The notes beneath the pieces are model-generated. The model was given only the letters and a program-made list of their open reading frames with translations, was not told the origin of the DNA and made no database searches. From Clostridia bacterium (GTDB lineage Bacteria; Bacillota; Clostridia; Christensenellales; CAG-138), in contig JAUNBH010000006.1 in the NCBI GenBank assembly GCA_030527165.1, forward strand, positions 1-47,654: a stretch of 47,654 nucleotides of DNA. The letters are read 5' to 3'. Of the stretch, positions 25,125-34,088 are shown piece by piece. Each line of letters begins with the position of its first letter. The stretch's first letter is position 1. A program made the position numbers and the translations under genes.

Positions 25125-25913
25125 ATGAGGTTCTGCCCGTTATACAGCGGGTCGTCCGGCAACGTGTCGGTGGTATGGCGGCGGAACGAGATAATACTGG
25201 TAGATGCGGGCGTCAGCGCGAGGCGCATAGTGTGCGCGCTGAAGGCGCTCGATATAGACGTCTCAGAAGTGGACGGCGTGCTCATAACTCACGAACACAT
25301 AGACCACATACGGGGGATAGGCGTGCTCGCCCGGCGGTACCGGCTGCCGGTTTACGCCAACGAAGCCACTTGGAACGCCATGCCGGCGTCGCTTGGGGAC
25401 ATACCGGGCGAGTGCGTGCGGATAATCGAGTCGGACGCGGAGTTCTACATAAAAGACATGCGCATACGGGCGTTTAGGACGTCGCACGACGCGGCGGAGC
25501 CCGTGGGTTACTCCTTTTGCGCCGGGGAAAGGCGGATGAGCGTGGTGACCGACATAGGGTGCATGGACGCGCGCGTTATAAACGAGCTTTGCGGCTCATC
25601 GCTCGTGCTCATAGAGTCCAATCACGATGTGGAGATGCTGCGCGCAGGCAGCTACCCGTATCCGCTCAAGCGGCGCATATTGGGCGAGTTTGGGCACCTG
25701 TCCAATGACGACTGCGCACAGGCGCTGCTGAAGCTCTACCACACCGGGCTGAAGACCGCCGTACTGGGACATCTTAGTCAGGAGAACAACATGGAGCCTC
25801 TGGCGTACGAAACCGTGAGGGCCGCACTCAATTCGGACGGCATATTCGAGGATATGCTGGCGGTGTCCTTAGCGCACAGAGACAGAATGGGAGGCGTATA
25901 CGATGTATACTGA
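25125..25913 (+). CDS. MBL-fold metallo-hydrolase (YycJ/WalJ-like)
   Basis: HEHIDH motif. MRFCPLYSGSSGN is the typical N-terminus of this subfamily. I chose the start at ATG 25125; the ORF is open from 24972. Confidence 0.85.
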   Translation: MRFCPLYSGSSGNVSVVWRRNEIILVDAGVSARRIVCALKALDIDVSEVDGVLITHEHIDHIRGIGVLARRYRLPVYANEATWNAMPASLGDIPGECVRIIESDAEFYIKDMRIRAFRTSHDAAEPVGYSFCAGERRMSVVTDIGCMDARVINELCGSSLVLIESNHDVEMLRAGSYPYPLKRRILGEFGHLSNDDCAQALLKLYHTGLKTAVLGHLSQENNMEPLAYETVRAALNSDGIFEDMLAVSLAHRDRMGGVYDVY

Positions 25914-26898
25914 TTCATACCTGATGGAGAAGCGCGGTACTGACACGCTTATTTTGGCGACGCTGCTGTACATCGCAATGCAGCTGGCGGCGGCGGTGCT
26001 GCTCCTCTTTGCCGGGGACGGCGTAGCGGTGCAGATAGTGATAAGCGCGGTGTGCGTGTCGGGCGTTGCGATACTCTTCCCGGCGCTGTTGGCTATCGTG
26101 CGGGGCGGCGCAAAGCGCTATGGCCTGCTGTGGCCCGGCTGGGGTGTCGTGCTCCTCAGCGCGGCGGCGGGAGTTGGCATATTCATGTTCAGCACGGGCA
26201 TAAACGCGTTCGCCATGACCGCCATGGAGGCCCTCGGTGCGAATCCGGACATTTACGCGCAGCAGATACCGGCAGCTGCCACGGTTTGGGAAACAGTGTT
26301 TTACATCGCCATGCTGGCGCTGGTGCCGGCGGTGTGCGAGGAGCTGCTGTTTAGGTCAGTGTACGTCAACTCCTGGCGCGGCATGGGCAGGTGGAAGGTG
26401 GTGCTCGTCACGTCGGCGATATTTGCGCTGGCGCACATGACGCCCGCGTCCATAGTGTCGTTTTTCGTCATAGGCGCGGTGCTGGGGCTGCTGACATACG
26501 AAACGCGCTCCGTCTACCCCGCGATGATTATACACTTCATCAACAATACGATATCCATATGGCTTTCGAGCGCGAGCTTCGACAGCGCGCAGGCGGAGGC
26601 CATCGACAACGTGTCCACGACCCAGTTGGGTGCGGTGCTGTTGGCGGCGGGCGCGCTCGTGGCGGTTCCGGCGCTGTATGCGACGTTCAGACTGGCAAAG
26701 CGCGCGCGGAGCGGCGCGCAAGCGAGTCCGGACGCCGAAGGCGCTCCGGCGGTGCACGGCGACGCGGCGTTGGAGGAGCTGAGAGAGCAGCTCACGCAGG
26801 CGAACCGCAGGCGCACGCGCCGGGTGATAGCGGTAGTAATGGCGGCCATGGCGCTGCTAAATGCGCTGGTATTCGCGCTGGCGTTCGTACAGCTGTGA
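25903..26898 (+). CDS. CPBP family intramembrane glutamic endopeptidase
   Basis: 331-aa polytopic ORF with the motifs EELLFRS, FALAH and HFINN. Confidence 0.85.
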   Translation: MYTDSYLMEKRGTDTLILATLLYIAMQLAAAVLLLFAGDGVAVQIVISAVCVSGVAILFPALLAIVRGGAKRYGLLWPGWGVVLLSAAAGVGIFMFSTGINAFAMTAMEALGANPDIYAQQIPAAATVWETVFYIAMLALVPAVCEELLFRSVYVNSWRGMGRWKVVLVTSAIFALAHMTPASIVSFFVIGAVLGLLTYETRSVYPAMIIHFINNTISIWLSSASFDSAQAEAIDNVSTTQLGAVLLAAGALVAVPALYATFRLAKRARSGAQASPDAEGAPAVHGDAALEELREQLTQANRRRTRRVIAVVMAAMALLNALVFALAFVQL

Positions 26899-27377
26899 CG
26901 GGGATAAAGCTCATATGCGTCGGGCGGCTCAAAGAGGCGCACTACATTCGGGCGTGCGACGAGCTGCTTCAGCGGTTGGGGCGTTATTGCCGCATAGATG
27001 TAATTGAGGTCGACGACGAAAAGTCGCCCGAAAAGCTATCGGCAGCGCAGCGGGAACAGGTCAGGCAGCGCGAGGGCAGGGCGGTGCTGTCGAAGCTCTG
27101 TGAAGGCGAGTACTTCATCGCGACGGACATAGGCGGCGTGCAGCTGGACAGCATGAGTTTCGCGCAGCGGTTGGACAAGCTCGCCGCGCACGGGGAGAGC
27201 CGCATAGCGATAGCCGTCGGCGGCTCGCTGGGCCTGTCGGCGGAGGTGCTCGACAGGGCGGCGCTGCGGCTGAGCTTTTCGCCCATGACGTTCAACCACC
27301 GGCTGTTCCGGCTGATGCTCCTGGAGCAACTGTACCGTGCGCACAGGATAAACAGGGGGGAGCCGTATCACAAATGA
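26895..27377 (+). CDS. rlmH: 23S rRNA (pseudouridine1915-N3)-methyltransferase RlmH
   Basis: 160 aa read from GTG 26895, forming a GTGA overlap with the CPBP stop. The sequence IKLICVGRLKE...IAIAVGGSLGLS...LSFSPMTFNHRL...EQLYRA...GEPYHK is typical SPOUT RlmH. Confidence 0.88.
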   Translation: MTGIKLICVGRLKEAHYIRACDELLQRLGRYCRIDVIEVDDEKSPEKLSAAQREQVRQREGRAVLSKLCEGEYFIATDIGGVQLDSMSFAQRLDKLAAHGESRIAIAVGGSLGLSAEVLDRAALRLSFSPMTFNHRLFRLMLLEQLYRAHRINRGEPYHK

Positions 27378-27883
27378 GCGGATATTGCGCGGACGCGCGG
27401 GAGGCGGAGGTACTGGCGTACTTGGATGGTTTGGGCATAGCGTACGAGCGCTTCGAGCACGAGCCCGCCGTGACCATGGAGCGCTGTGCCGCGCTGCGCG
27501 AGCTGACGGGAGCGCCGCACTGCAAGAACCTCTTTTTGACGAACAGGAACCGGACGGAATACTATCTTGTGATAATGGACGGGGCGAAGCGCTTCAGAAC
27601 TGCCGACATAAGCAAGCAGCTCGGCGCGTCGCGGCTAAGCTTTGCCTCCGACTGCGCCCTGCGGGACAAGCTCAATGCGGACGCGGGCGCGATAACGCCT
27701 CTTGCGCTGCTCTACGATGCGCGCAGGGAGGTGCGCGTTGCGGTGGACGAGGACGTGCTCAGGCTCGAGCGCGTGTGCGTGCATCCGATGTCCGCAGCGT
27801 CGTCGCTCAGGCTGGCCACGGCGGATTTGACGTGCGCGATAGAGTCGCTGGGCTACGTTATATGCCATATATTGCCGCAATAG
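27374..27883 (+). CDS. YbaK/ProX-type aminoacyl-tRNA editing domain protein
   Basis: 169 aa. The sequence HCKNLFLTNRNRTEYYLVIM...ISKQLG is typical of prolyl-tRNA synthetase-associated domain proteins. It overlaps rlmH by ATGA. Confidence 0.8.
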   Translation: MSGYCADAREAEVLAYLDGLGIAYERFEHEPAVTMERCAALRELTGAPHCKNLFLTNRNRTEYYLVIMDGAKRFRTADISKQLGASRLSFASDCALRDKLNADAGAITPLALLYDARREVRVAVDEDVLRLERVCVHPMSAASSLRLATADLTCAIESLGYVICHILPQ

Positions 27884-27967
27884 ACGGGCGAAAGTTTACT
27901 TTCTGTTCAATTATCGGGGCAGACGCTGTGCTATAATGTTTGCGAAAAAGCAAGATAAGGAGCGATT

Positions 27968-29590
27968 ATGCGAGAGTATATCAGGAGGGCATTGACGGCG
28001 TCGGGCGACTGCGCGAAGCGCTTTGTCGCGTGGATAAAGCGGCAAAAGGCGTCGACGCTCTGCTGCGCCGGAGCCGGCGTGCTGGCGCTCGTGCTGCTGA
28101 TAGTCGTGCTCGCGGCCACTGCGAACGGCGCTGGCGGGGCGCCCTTAAGCGCCGCCGTGGAACCGGAACCGCTCGAATCCGGGCTGGCAGAGCCCAATTT
28201 CGACGAACTGACAATACCGGAGCCGAACGACGGCGATGGGGCGGAGGAAACGCCCGCACCCACCATGGCGCCCGCAGTGGATGAGCCGGTCATATTGTTG
28301 ACGCAGGGAGACACTGACGAGTCGTTGGTGCCGCTCGTGCAGAGCAGGCTCATGGGGCTGTACTACATGGATGCGGACGAGCCCACGAGCTATTTTGGGC
28401 CGGCCACCGCGCAGGCGCTCAGGCTGTTCCAGCGCCGGCACGGCGTGGAGGAGGACGGCGTACTCACCCAGGAGTGCTACGACATGCTCATGGCGTCGGA
28501 CGCGCTCCGCTATGTGGCGAGCGTGGGCGACGAGGGGACGGACATAAGCGAGATACAGCAGCGCCTCTATGAGCTCGACTATCTGGGCAGCGTGACCGGC
28601 TATTTCGGAACCGATACGGAGGCGGCGGTCAAGCTCTTTCAGAAGAACAACGGTCTGACGTCCGACGGCAAGGTGGGCGTTGAAACGAAGGAAGCGCTGT
28701 ACAGCGCCGATGCAAAGGCAAACTACTTCTACCTGGGCTCGCGCAGCGAGGTCGTGCAGCGCTATCAGGAGATTCTCAAGTCGCTGGGCTATCTGACCAC
28801 CACGCCCGACGGCATATACGGCGAGGATACAGTCGCCGCGGTGAGGCGTTTCCAGGAGCGCAACAGCCTCATACCGGACGGTTACTTGGGGCCCAAAACG
28901 CGCGAGGTGCTCACGTCCGGCAACGCTCAGGCAAACGCGCTCATGATAGGCATGAGCGGTGAGGACGTGCGCAGGGTGCAGGTAATACTCAAGAACCTGG
29001 ATTACCTGTACGAATCGCATTGCACGGGGTATTTCGGCTCGATCACGGAGACGGCGGTTAAGGAATTCCAGCGAAGGAACGATTTGGGCGTGGACGGGAA
29101 GGTCGGCAGGCTGACCATGGCCAAGCTCACCGGCGACGACATGGTTGGGCCAGGCTCGAGCTATGTAGTAGGCGGCGGCTCGGGTTCCGATTCGGGCGGC
29201 GGTGGCGGCGAGTCCGGCGTGAGGCTGCTGATACAGATTGCCCGGTCGAAGAAGGGCTGCCCATATGTGCTGGGGGGCAAGGGGCCGAATGTGTTCGACT
29301 GTTCCGGACTCGTGTACTGGTGCCTTAACCAGGCGGGCGTGTCGCAGCCGTATCTCACGTCCATAGGCTGGCGGAGCGTAACGCACTATCAGCGCATATC
29401 GTCCATAGACGACGTTCAGGCGGGCGACATACTGGTATTCAAGATGTCGGAGACACAGGGGCATGTGGGCATAGCGGTTTCCGGCAGCGTGATGGTGGAT
29501 GCGTCCAACAATCAGGGCGAGGTCGTGGAGCGGAGCTTCATGTCGAGCTACTGGGACACGCATTTCTACTGCGCGTACAGGGTATTCTGA
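27968..29590 (+). CDS. Peptidoglycan-binding NlpC/P60 (C40) endopeptidase
   Basis: 540 aa with an AAGGAG SD and a TM anchor. It has four PG_binding_1 repeats (..GYFG..T..AV..FQ..NGL..DG..G), a Gly/Ser linker and a C-terminal C40 domain (DCSGLVYW...GHVGI). Confidence 0.88.
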   Translation: MREYIRRALTASGDCAKRFVAWIKRQKASTLCCAGAGVLALVLLIVVLAATANGAGGAPLSAAVEPEPLESGLAEPNFDELTIPEPNDGDGAEETPAPTMAPAVDEPVILLTQGDTDESLVPLVQSRLMGLYYMDADEPTSYFGPATAQALRLFQRRHGVEEDGVLTQECYDMLMASDALRYVASVGDEGTDISEIQQRLYELDYLGSVTGYFGTDTEAAVKLFQKNNGLTSDGKVGVETKEALYSADAKANYFYLGSRSEVVQRYQEILKSLGYLTTTPDGIYGEDTVAAVRRFQERNSLIPDGYLGPKTREVLTSGNAQANALMIGMSGEDVRRVQVILKNLDYLYESHCTGYFGSITETAVKEFQRRNDLGVDGKVGRLTMAKLTGDDMVGPGSSYVVGGGSGSDSGGGGGESGVRLLIQIARSKKGCPYVLGGKGPNVFDCSGLVYWCLNQAGVSQPYLTSIGWRSVTHYQRISSIDDVQAGDILVFKMSETQGHVGIAVSGSVMVDASNNQGEVVERSFMSSYWDTHFYCAYRVF

Positions 29591-29620
29591 TGCGGTCGCC
29601 GGCGAGAGGCGGGTATTAGC

Positions 29621-30826
29621 TTGGAAAAGCGTTTTGACTTGACGGAGAATATTGAGAAGGCAAACGCGGCGAAACTCGCGCGTGCGGACGAGTCCGTGCG
29701 CCACGAGCCGTCCCCCGCGACAGCGGACAAACCGGTCGGCGGAAGCGGCGATAAGCGGTTTAAGTTCGTAGCGCTCGCCGCACTTGCCGTTGCGCTAATA
29801 GTCGTGAGCGCACTGCTCTACGATGCTGCGCCCGCCGGGGTGGCGGACTCTGCGCTGCCCACGCGGACGCCGGCCGCGGTGACGCCGTCGCCCGCCCCGA
29901 GCGGCGAGCCCGAGCCGTCGCAGGCACAGTACGTTCGCACGAGCATAGCCGTGGACGGCGAGATAGTGGCGACGCTCGCGAGCCGCGAAGCGGCGGAAGC
30001 CGTGCTTGACGACGTATTGGAGCACTATGCGCTGTTGTCACAGGCGGATGCGGCGCATTCGCAGTTCGTATCCGAAGTGGAGCTTCGAACTGCGGCGTAC
30101 TCTGCCGCGGTGCTCAACAGCGAGGAGGCGTACATACTGCTCACATCCGCCGAAACGCCGGTGCGCGTGCAGAGCAGGACGACGCGGGTGACGACCGTAT
30201 CGGTGCAGCACGAGGTGTTAGAGGTGGAGGATTCCAACCTGATGCGGGGGATGCGCGTATTCGAGTCACTGGGCAGAGATGGCATACGGGGCGTCACGGT
30301 GCAATATGTGTTCGAGAACGGCGCTTTAAGCTCCGAAACGGTGCTGTCGGAAGAGGTAATAAGCGAGGTGCACGACACCGTGATACTGGTGGGCACGCTC
30401 GAACCCAGGGACGGCACGCCGGGGCGCAACGAGGGCAGCCGCGGTATAAGCCAGGGCGAACTGCGATTTGCGAGCCCCGTTGACGGTGTGGTGTCGCTCA
30501 ATTTCGGCCGCTGCAACTACGGATTCCATCAGGGCTTGGACTATGAGGCGGACGAGGGGACGGATGTGACCGCGTCCTGCGGGGGAACCGTGATATGCGC
30601 GATGGAGCGCGGCGGTATGGGTTTGGTCGTGGAATTGGACCACGGCGACGGCTTCGTGACGCGCTACGCTCACCTCGGCGAAATACTCGTCGAGGTCGGC
30701 GACGAGGTAGCTTCCGGGGATGTGATAGGGCTTGTGGGCGCGACGGGCAACTGCGATGCGCCGCACCTGCACTTCGAGCTGAGGATATTCGGTCGCGCGT
30801 ACAACCCGCGCTATTATCTGGATTGA
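29621..30826 (+). CDS. G5 domain-containing M23 family metallopeptidase
   Basis: 401 aa from a TTG start; there is no in-frame ATG before the TM segment. It has a G5-like segment (GRDGIRGVTVQYVFENG...VILVGT) and M23 motifs (HQGLDY, HLHFE). Confidence 0.85.
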   Translation: MEKRFDLTENIEKANAAKLARADESVRHEPSPATADKPVGGSGDKRFKFVALAALAVALIVVSALLYDAAPAGVADSALPTRTPAAVTPSPAPSGEPEPSQAQYVRTSIAVDGEIVATLASREAAEAVLDDVLEHYALLSQADAAHSQFVSEVELRTAAYSAAVLNSEEAYILLTSAETPVRVQSRTTRVTTVSVQHEVLEVEDSNLMRGMRVFESLGRDGIRGVTVQYVFENGALSSETVLSEEVISEVHDTVILVGTLEPRDGTPGRNEGSRGISQGELRFASPVDGVVSLNFGRCNYGFHQGLDYEADEGTDVTASCGGTVICAMERGGMGLVVELDHGDGFVTRYAHLGEILVEVGDEVASGDVIGLVGATGNCDAPHLHFELRIFGRAYNPRYYLD

Positions 30827-30834
30827 GCGAATAT

Positions 30835-30867
30835 GAAAAACGGCGCGCAAGCGCCGCGTTTTATTTT
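30835..30867. terminator. Bidirectional rho-independent terminator
   Basis: GAAAAA-CGGCGC-gcaa-GCGCCG-cgTTTTATTTT, between the convergent M23 and queT genes. Confidence 0.7.
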
Positions 30868-30874
30868 CCGCCCT

Positions 30875-31357
30875 TCAGCGCACCAGCCCTTCCGGCAGCC
30901 TTCGCAGCGCGAACAGCAGCGGCATGCCCAGCGCGTAGCACGCGATGAGCTGACCCGCTCCGACGTAGAGCGCGCAAGTCCAGTAGGGCGCGCCAACTTC
31001 GTAGCCATAGCACAGCACCGCGCCCACGACGAGCGCGTTTAACACCACTGCCGGCAGCGGGGCAAACCAGTGCGAGAGCTTGAGCTTTGCTATCAGCGCG
31101 GTCAGCAGACCGGCGGCGAGAGTTGCAAGACTGCCGAACACGACGTCCACGGCTATGCCGCCGCTGAGTAAATTGCCGAGAGCGCAGCCTATGAACAGCC
31201 CATAGGCCGCATCGGGCAGTAAAAACGGCAGCACGCAGAGCGCCTCCGAGAGCCTGATTTGCATCAGGCCGCTGCTCCAGGGTACAACAAAAGTCAAAGC
31301 CGCGTACAGAGCGGCTATGACGGCACATTTCAAGACCAGGTGCAGCTTGACGCTCAT
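30875..31357 (-). CDS. queT: Queuosine precursor transporter QueT
   Basis: 160 aa with 5 TM. The sequence AVIAALYAALTFVV...IRLSEALCVLPF matches the QueT family. Confidence 0.85.
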   Translation of the reverse strand: MSVKLHLVLKCAVIAALYAALTFVVPWSSGLMQIRLSEALCVLPFLLPDAAYGLFIGCALGNLLSGGIAVDVVFGSLATLAAGLLTALIAKLKLSHWFAPLPAVVLNALVVGAVLCYGYEVGAPYWTCALYVGAGQLIACYALGMPLLFALRRLPEGLVR

Positions 31358-31364
31358 AGAGCGT

Positions 31365-31565
31365 TTATTTTTTCGCGTCCAGATAGGCGTTGATCTTGGC
31401 TATCAGCGCGTCGGCGTCTATGCCATGGACGGCGCAGGCCTGTTCCAGATCCTCAGTGTGCGCCATGACGCAGCCGAGGCAGTGCATTCCCGCGTCCATG
31501 AGTATGTCGGCTATGCCCTCGTCAGTCTGAATGAGCTCCATGATGTTCATCTTCTTGTTGACCAT
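31365..31565 (-). CDS. DUF1858 (hybrid-cluster-protein-associated redox disulfide) domain protein
   Basis: 66 aa. The sequence TDEGIADILMDAGMHCLGCVMAHTEDLEQACAVHGID carries the CxxC core of DUF1858. GGAGG SD present. Confidence 0.8.
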   Translation of the reverse strand: MVNKKMNIMELIQTDEGIADILMDAGMHCLGCVMAHTEDLEQACAVHGIDADALIAKINAYLDAKK

Positions 31566-31638
31566 TTTTTACCTCCGTATTGCCCGATTTTCATCAGCAA
31601 GTATAATCTATGCCCAAAAGGCGCCCGTGTCAAGCGAA

Positions 31639-32031
31639 TTATGTCCGCTTGACGAATTTATGCCCGCATCTGACGCAGGTTATTCGTATTTTACCCTTGC
31701 CGCGCGGCACGCGAAGCCTCTGCGAGCACTGCGGGCACGCATAGAACTTAAACTGCCTGTGCGCCTCGATGGAGGCGAAGTCCGGCGCTATGAAGCGCTT
31801 TATGCCGGCGAGCAGCCGCTCGAAGCGCGCGCACTCCGCGCGCCGCTTGGCGGTATTGCGCGAGAACATGCGCAGGCACACGAACACGAGCAGCACGCAC
31901 GCGAGCCCAAAGAATACCCAGTAGAGCGCCGGGGCCGACAGACCCGCGCACAGCAGCGCAACTATGGAGAATACGCCGCCCGCGATGAGAAGCGCCCAAT
32001 TCAGCTTATCCAAGCCGTAAAATCGTTTCAT
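31639..32031 (-). CDS. Membrane protein with a C-terminal zinc-ribbon
   Basis: 130 aa with two TM helices, then CPQCSQRLRVP...CVRCGHKF. Its start overlaps the GH13 stop by 4 bp. Confidence 0.65.
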   Translation of the reverse strand: MKRFYGLDKLNWALLIAGGVFSIVALLCAGLSAPALYWVFFGLACVLLVFVCLRMFSRNTAKRRAECARFERLLAGIKRFIAPDFASIEAHRQFKFYACPQCSQRLRVPRGKGKIRITCVRCGHKFVKRT

Positions 32032-33977
32032 AACGAACTCCTTTTTATCAGAAGCGCGCCTCCGAGCGGGGGCAGCGTCAGTCTAATATTGCCATCGGTG
32101 CAGCGCAGAACTGCGCCGGTGAGCGCGCACTCGTACTCCCCCGCAAACGCAGTCAGCACGCCGTTGCACTCCGAAAAGCCCTTCGCGCACAGTGTGACGC
32201 TGCGCGCATCGCTCGACCGGTTGACCGCCGCCACAGCCTGATGCTCGCCGTGCGTCCTGCATATGGTGAACACGGACTCGTCGACGGCGCACATCGCTAT
32301 ACCGCCCAGCTTGAGCGCGTCGCTCCGACTTCTGGCGCGCGACAGCGCGCGAATGGCGGCCTGCAGGGCGGCGTCCTCGTCCCCCCACGGGAAGGTCTTG
32401 CGGCAGAAGGGGTCGGCGAGGCCCGTCAAGCCCGCCTCGTCGCCGTAGTAGATACATGGTACGCCTATGAACGCCATCTGTATAACCGCGGCGAGCACAT
32501 AGCGCGCCTTGCCCAGGCGCAGCGCCTCGTCTGACAGCTCAAAGCGCGCCTGTTCCTCCCGAGTGAGCGCATCCCTGTGCGGGCAGCCGCCCAGCACCGA
32601 GATTATGCGCTGCGTGTCGTGAGAGCTCAGCAGGTTCATCTGCGCGCGCAGGAACGGTTCGGGATAGCCCTCGCATATCGCGCCGAGCCGGCGCAGCAGT
32701 CCCCGCGCATCGCAGTTGCCGAGGAGGTACTCCACTACCGCATCGCGGAAGGGATAGCCCATGCAGCTGTCCAGCATATCGCCGTTTGCGTAGCCGCGAC
32801 GGTTGCCCAGGCCGTCCGTCTTCGTCACTGCGTCCTCCCAGACCTCGCCCAGGAGCACGCCGTTGGGGTCGTTGCGCTTCAGCTCCCTGCGCAGCATGCG
32901 TATGAAGTCGTTGGGCAGTTCGTCCGCAACGTCGAGCCGCCAGGAGTGAATGCCCAAGGCGGCATACTTGTCGAGCACGGAGCGCACAAATTCCATATAG
33001 CTTCCGTCAAGCTCATTCACCTCCGGAAGCGTGTCGAAGCCCCACCAGCAGCGATAGCTGTCCGGAAAGCTGTAAAAGCCGTACCAGGGGTAGTACCGCG
33101 ACTCGCGCGACTGGTACGCGCCTGCGTCGGGGTAGGTGCCGTAGCGGTTGAAATACACGCTGTCGTCGCCCGTGTGGGAGAACACTCCGTCCAGCATGAG
33201 GCGAATGCCATACGGCGCCGCCGCGTCCGACAGCGCACGCAACTCCGCCTCGTCGCCGAGGAACGGGTCTATCCGCATGTAGTCAGACGTATTGTAGCGG
33301 TGGTTGCTGGGCGACTCGAACACCGGATTGAGGTATATGCAGGTAACGCCCAGGTCTGCCAGATACGGGAGCTTTTCCCGTATGCCGCGGAGATTTCCGC
33401 CGAAAAAGTCGCAGGGATTGTAGCAGGCGGCGCCGGGCAGCGGCTCAAAGAGCGGCTCGTCGCGCCAGTTCTCGTGCTTGTACACGGGCCTGCCCAGGCG
33501 GCTGTGATAGGCGGCTCCCGCCTCGAACGTATCATCGCCGCTCTTGTAGAAGCGGTCGGGGAATACCTGGTAGATTATCGCCCTTGCAAACCAATCGGGA
33601 GTCTCAAACTCCCTGTCAAACACCGTTATCCTGAAGGACGGGGGCAGGTGGTCGTACACGTCGCCCTCGCCGCTGTCGCCGCCGTAGTAGAGCGTGTGAC
33701 CATCGGTATACAGTATGAAGTAATACCATATCACGCAGGGTGCATCGGGCGCGGCGATCTCAAAGTGGTAGAGCATTCCGCCGTCGCGCTCGTGGAGGCT
33801 CACGGGCTCTGCGAGTTCCTCGTGGTCATCCGGCCAAAGCCGGAGCTTTACGCTGTGAAGCCGCGAGTTCAATTCGGCGGACACAAACAGCGACAAAACG
33901 CATTTGTCGCCGGTTCTGACGGCCCCAAAGGGCGAGCGGTACTCATGTAGCCTCGAGTTATGCAGGGCAGAACGCAT
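32028..33977 (-). CDS. GH13 alpha-glycosidase (neopullulanase/cyclomaltodextrinase-like)
   Basis: GH13 conserved regions are present: DGVFSHTG, GWRLDVADE, EVWE, LLSSHD. There is an N-terminal E-set-like domain. The start is ATG 33977 or GTG 33983. Confidence 0.88.
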   Translation of the reverse strand: MRSALHNSRLHEYRSPFGAVRTGDKCVLSLFVSAELNSRLHSVKLRLWPDDHEELAEPVSLHERDGGMLYHFEIAAPDAPCVIWYYFILYTDGHTLYYGGDSGEGDVYDHLPPSFRITVFDREFETPDWFARAIIYQVFPDRFYKSGDDTFEAGAAYHSRLGRPVYKHENWRDEPLFEPLPGAACYNPCDFFGGNLRGIREKLPYLADLGVTCIYLNPVFESPSNHRYNTSDYMRIDPFLGDEAELRALSDAAAPYGIRLMLDGVFSHTGDDSVYFNRYGTYPDAGAYQSRESRYYPWYGFYSFPDSYRCWWGFDTLPEVNELDGSYMEFVRSVLDKYAALGIHSWRLDVADELPNDFIRMLRRELKRNDPNGVLLGEVWEDAVTKTDGLGNRRGYANGDMLDSCMGYPFRDAVVEYLLGNCDARGLLRRLGAICEGYPEPFLRAQMNLLSSHDTQRIISVLGGCPHRDALTREEQARFELSDEALRLGKARYVLAAVIQMAFIGVPCIYYGDEAGLTGLADPFCRKTFPWGDEDAALQAAIRALSRARSRSDALKLGGIAMCAVDESVFTICRTHGEHQAVAAVNRSSDARSVTLCAKGFSECNGVLTAFAGEYECALTGAVLRCTDGNIRLTLPPLGGALLIKRSSL

Positions 33978-34088
33978 ATACACCTCGAGAGCTATTATAA
34001 TGCATTTGGCCGCCCATATGGACGCTCGGACTGAACTTGTTTCAGTTTTGTCACAATTTGAGGTGAATTGCGGGATGGATTGTGGAGT

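Noticed and set aside
28145-29704. Very long antisense ORFs. Examples: 519 aa at 28145-29704 (-), 510 aa at 11468-13000 (+), 504 aa at 37965-39479 (+), 499 aa at 34068-35567 (+), 457 aa at 32577-33950 (+), 448 aa at 41533-42879 (+).
   Set aside because: Each lies opposite a gene with clear family motifs. Their products are Arg/Ala/Gly/His-rich low-complexity strings with no SD or recognisable domains. Some span two opposite-strand genes. They are the typical stop-codon-poor shadow frames of GC-rich DNA.
31566-31640. An expected preQ1 riboswitch upstream of the DUF1858-queT operon.
   Set aside because: The region is only about 70 nt and is mostly occupied by a promoter. No preQ1-I or preQ1-II-like hairpin with an A-rich tail is visible.
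34030-34046. The palindrome ACTGAA-N5-TTCAGT between alr and the GH13 gene, considered as a CcpA cre or LacI-type operator.
   Set aside because: It does not fit the cre consensus TGWAANCGNTNWCA because there is no central CG. The arms are only 6 bp. It may simply be a weak hairpin after alr.
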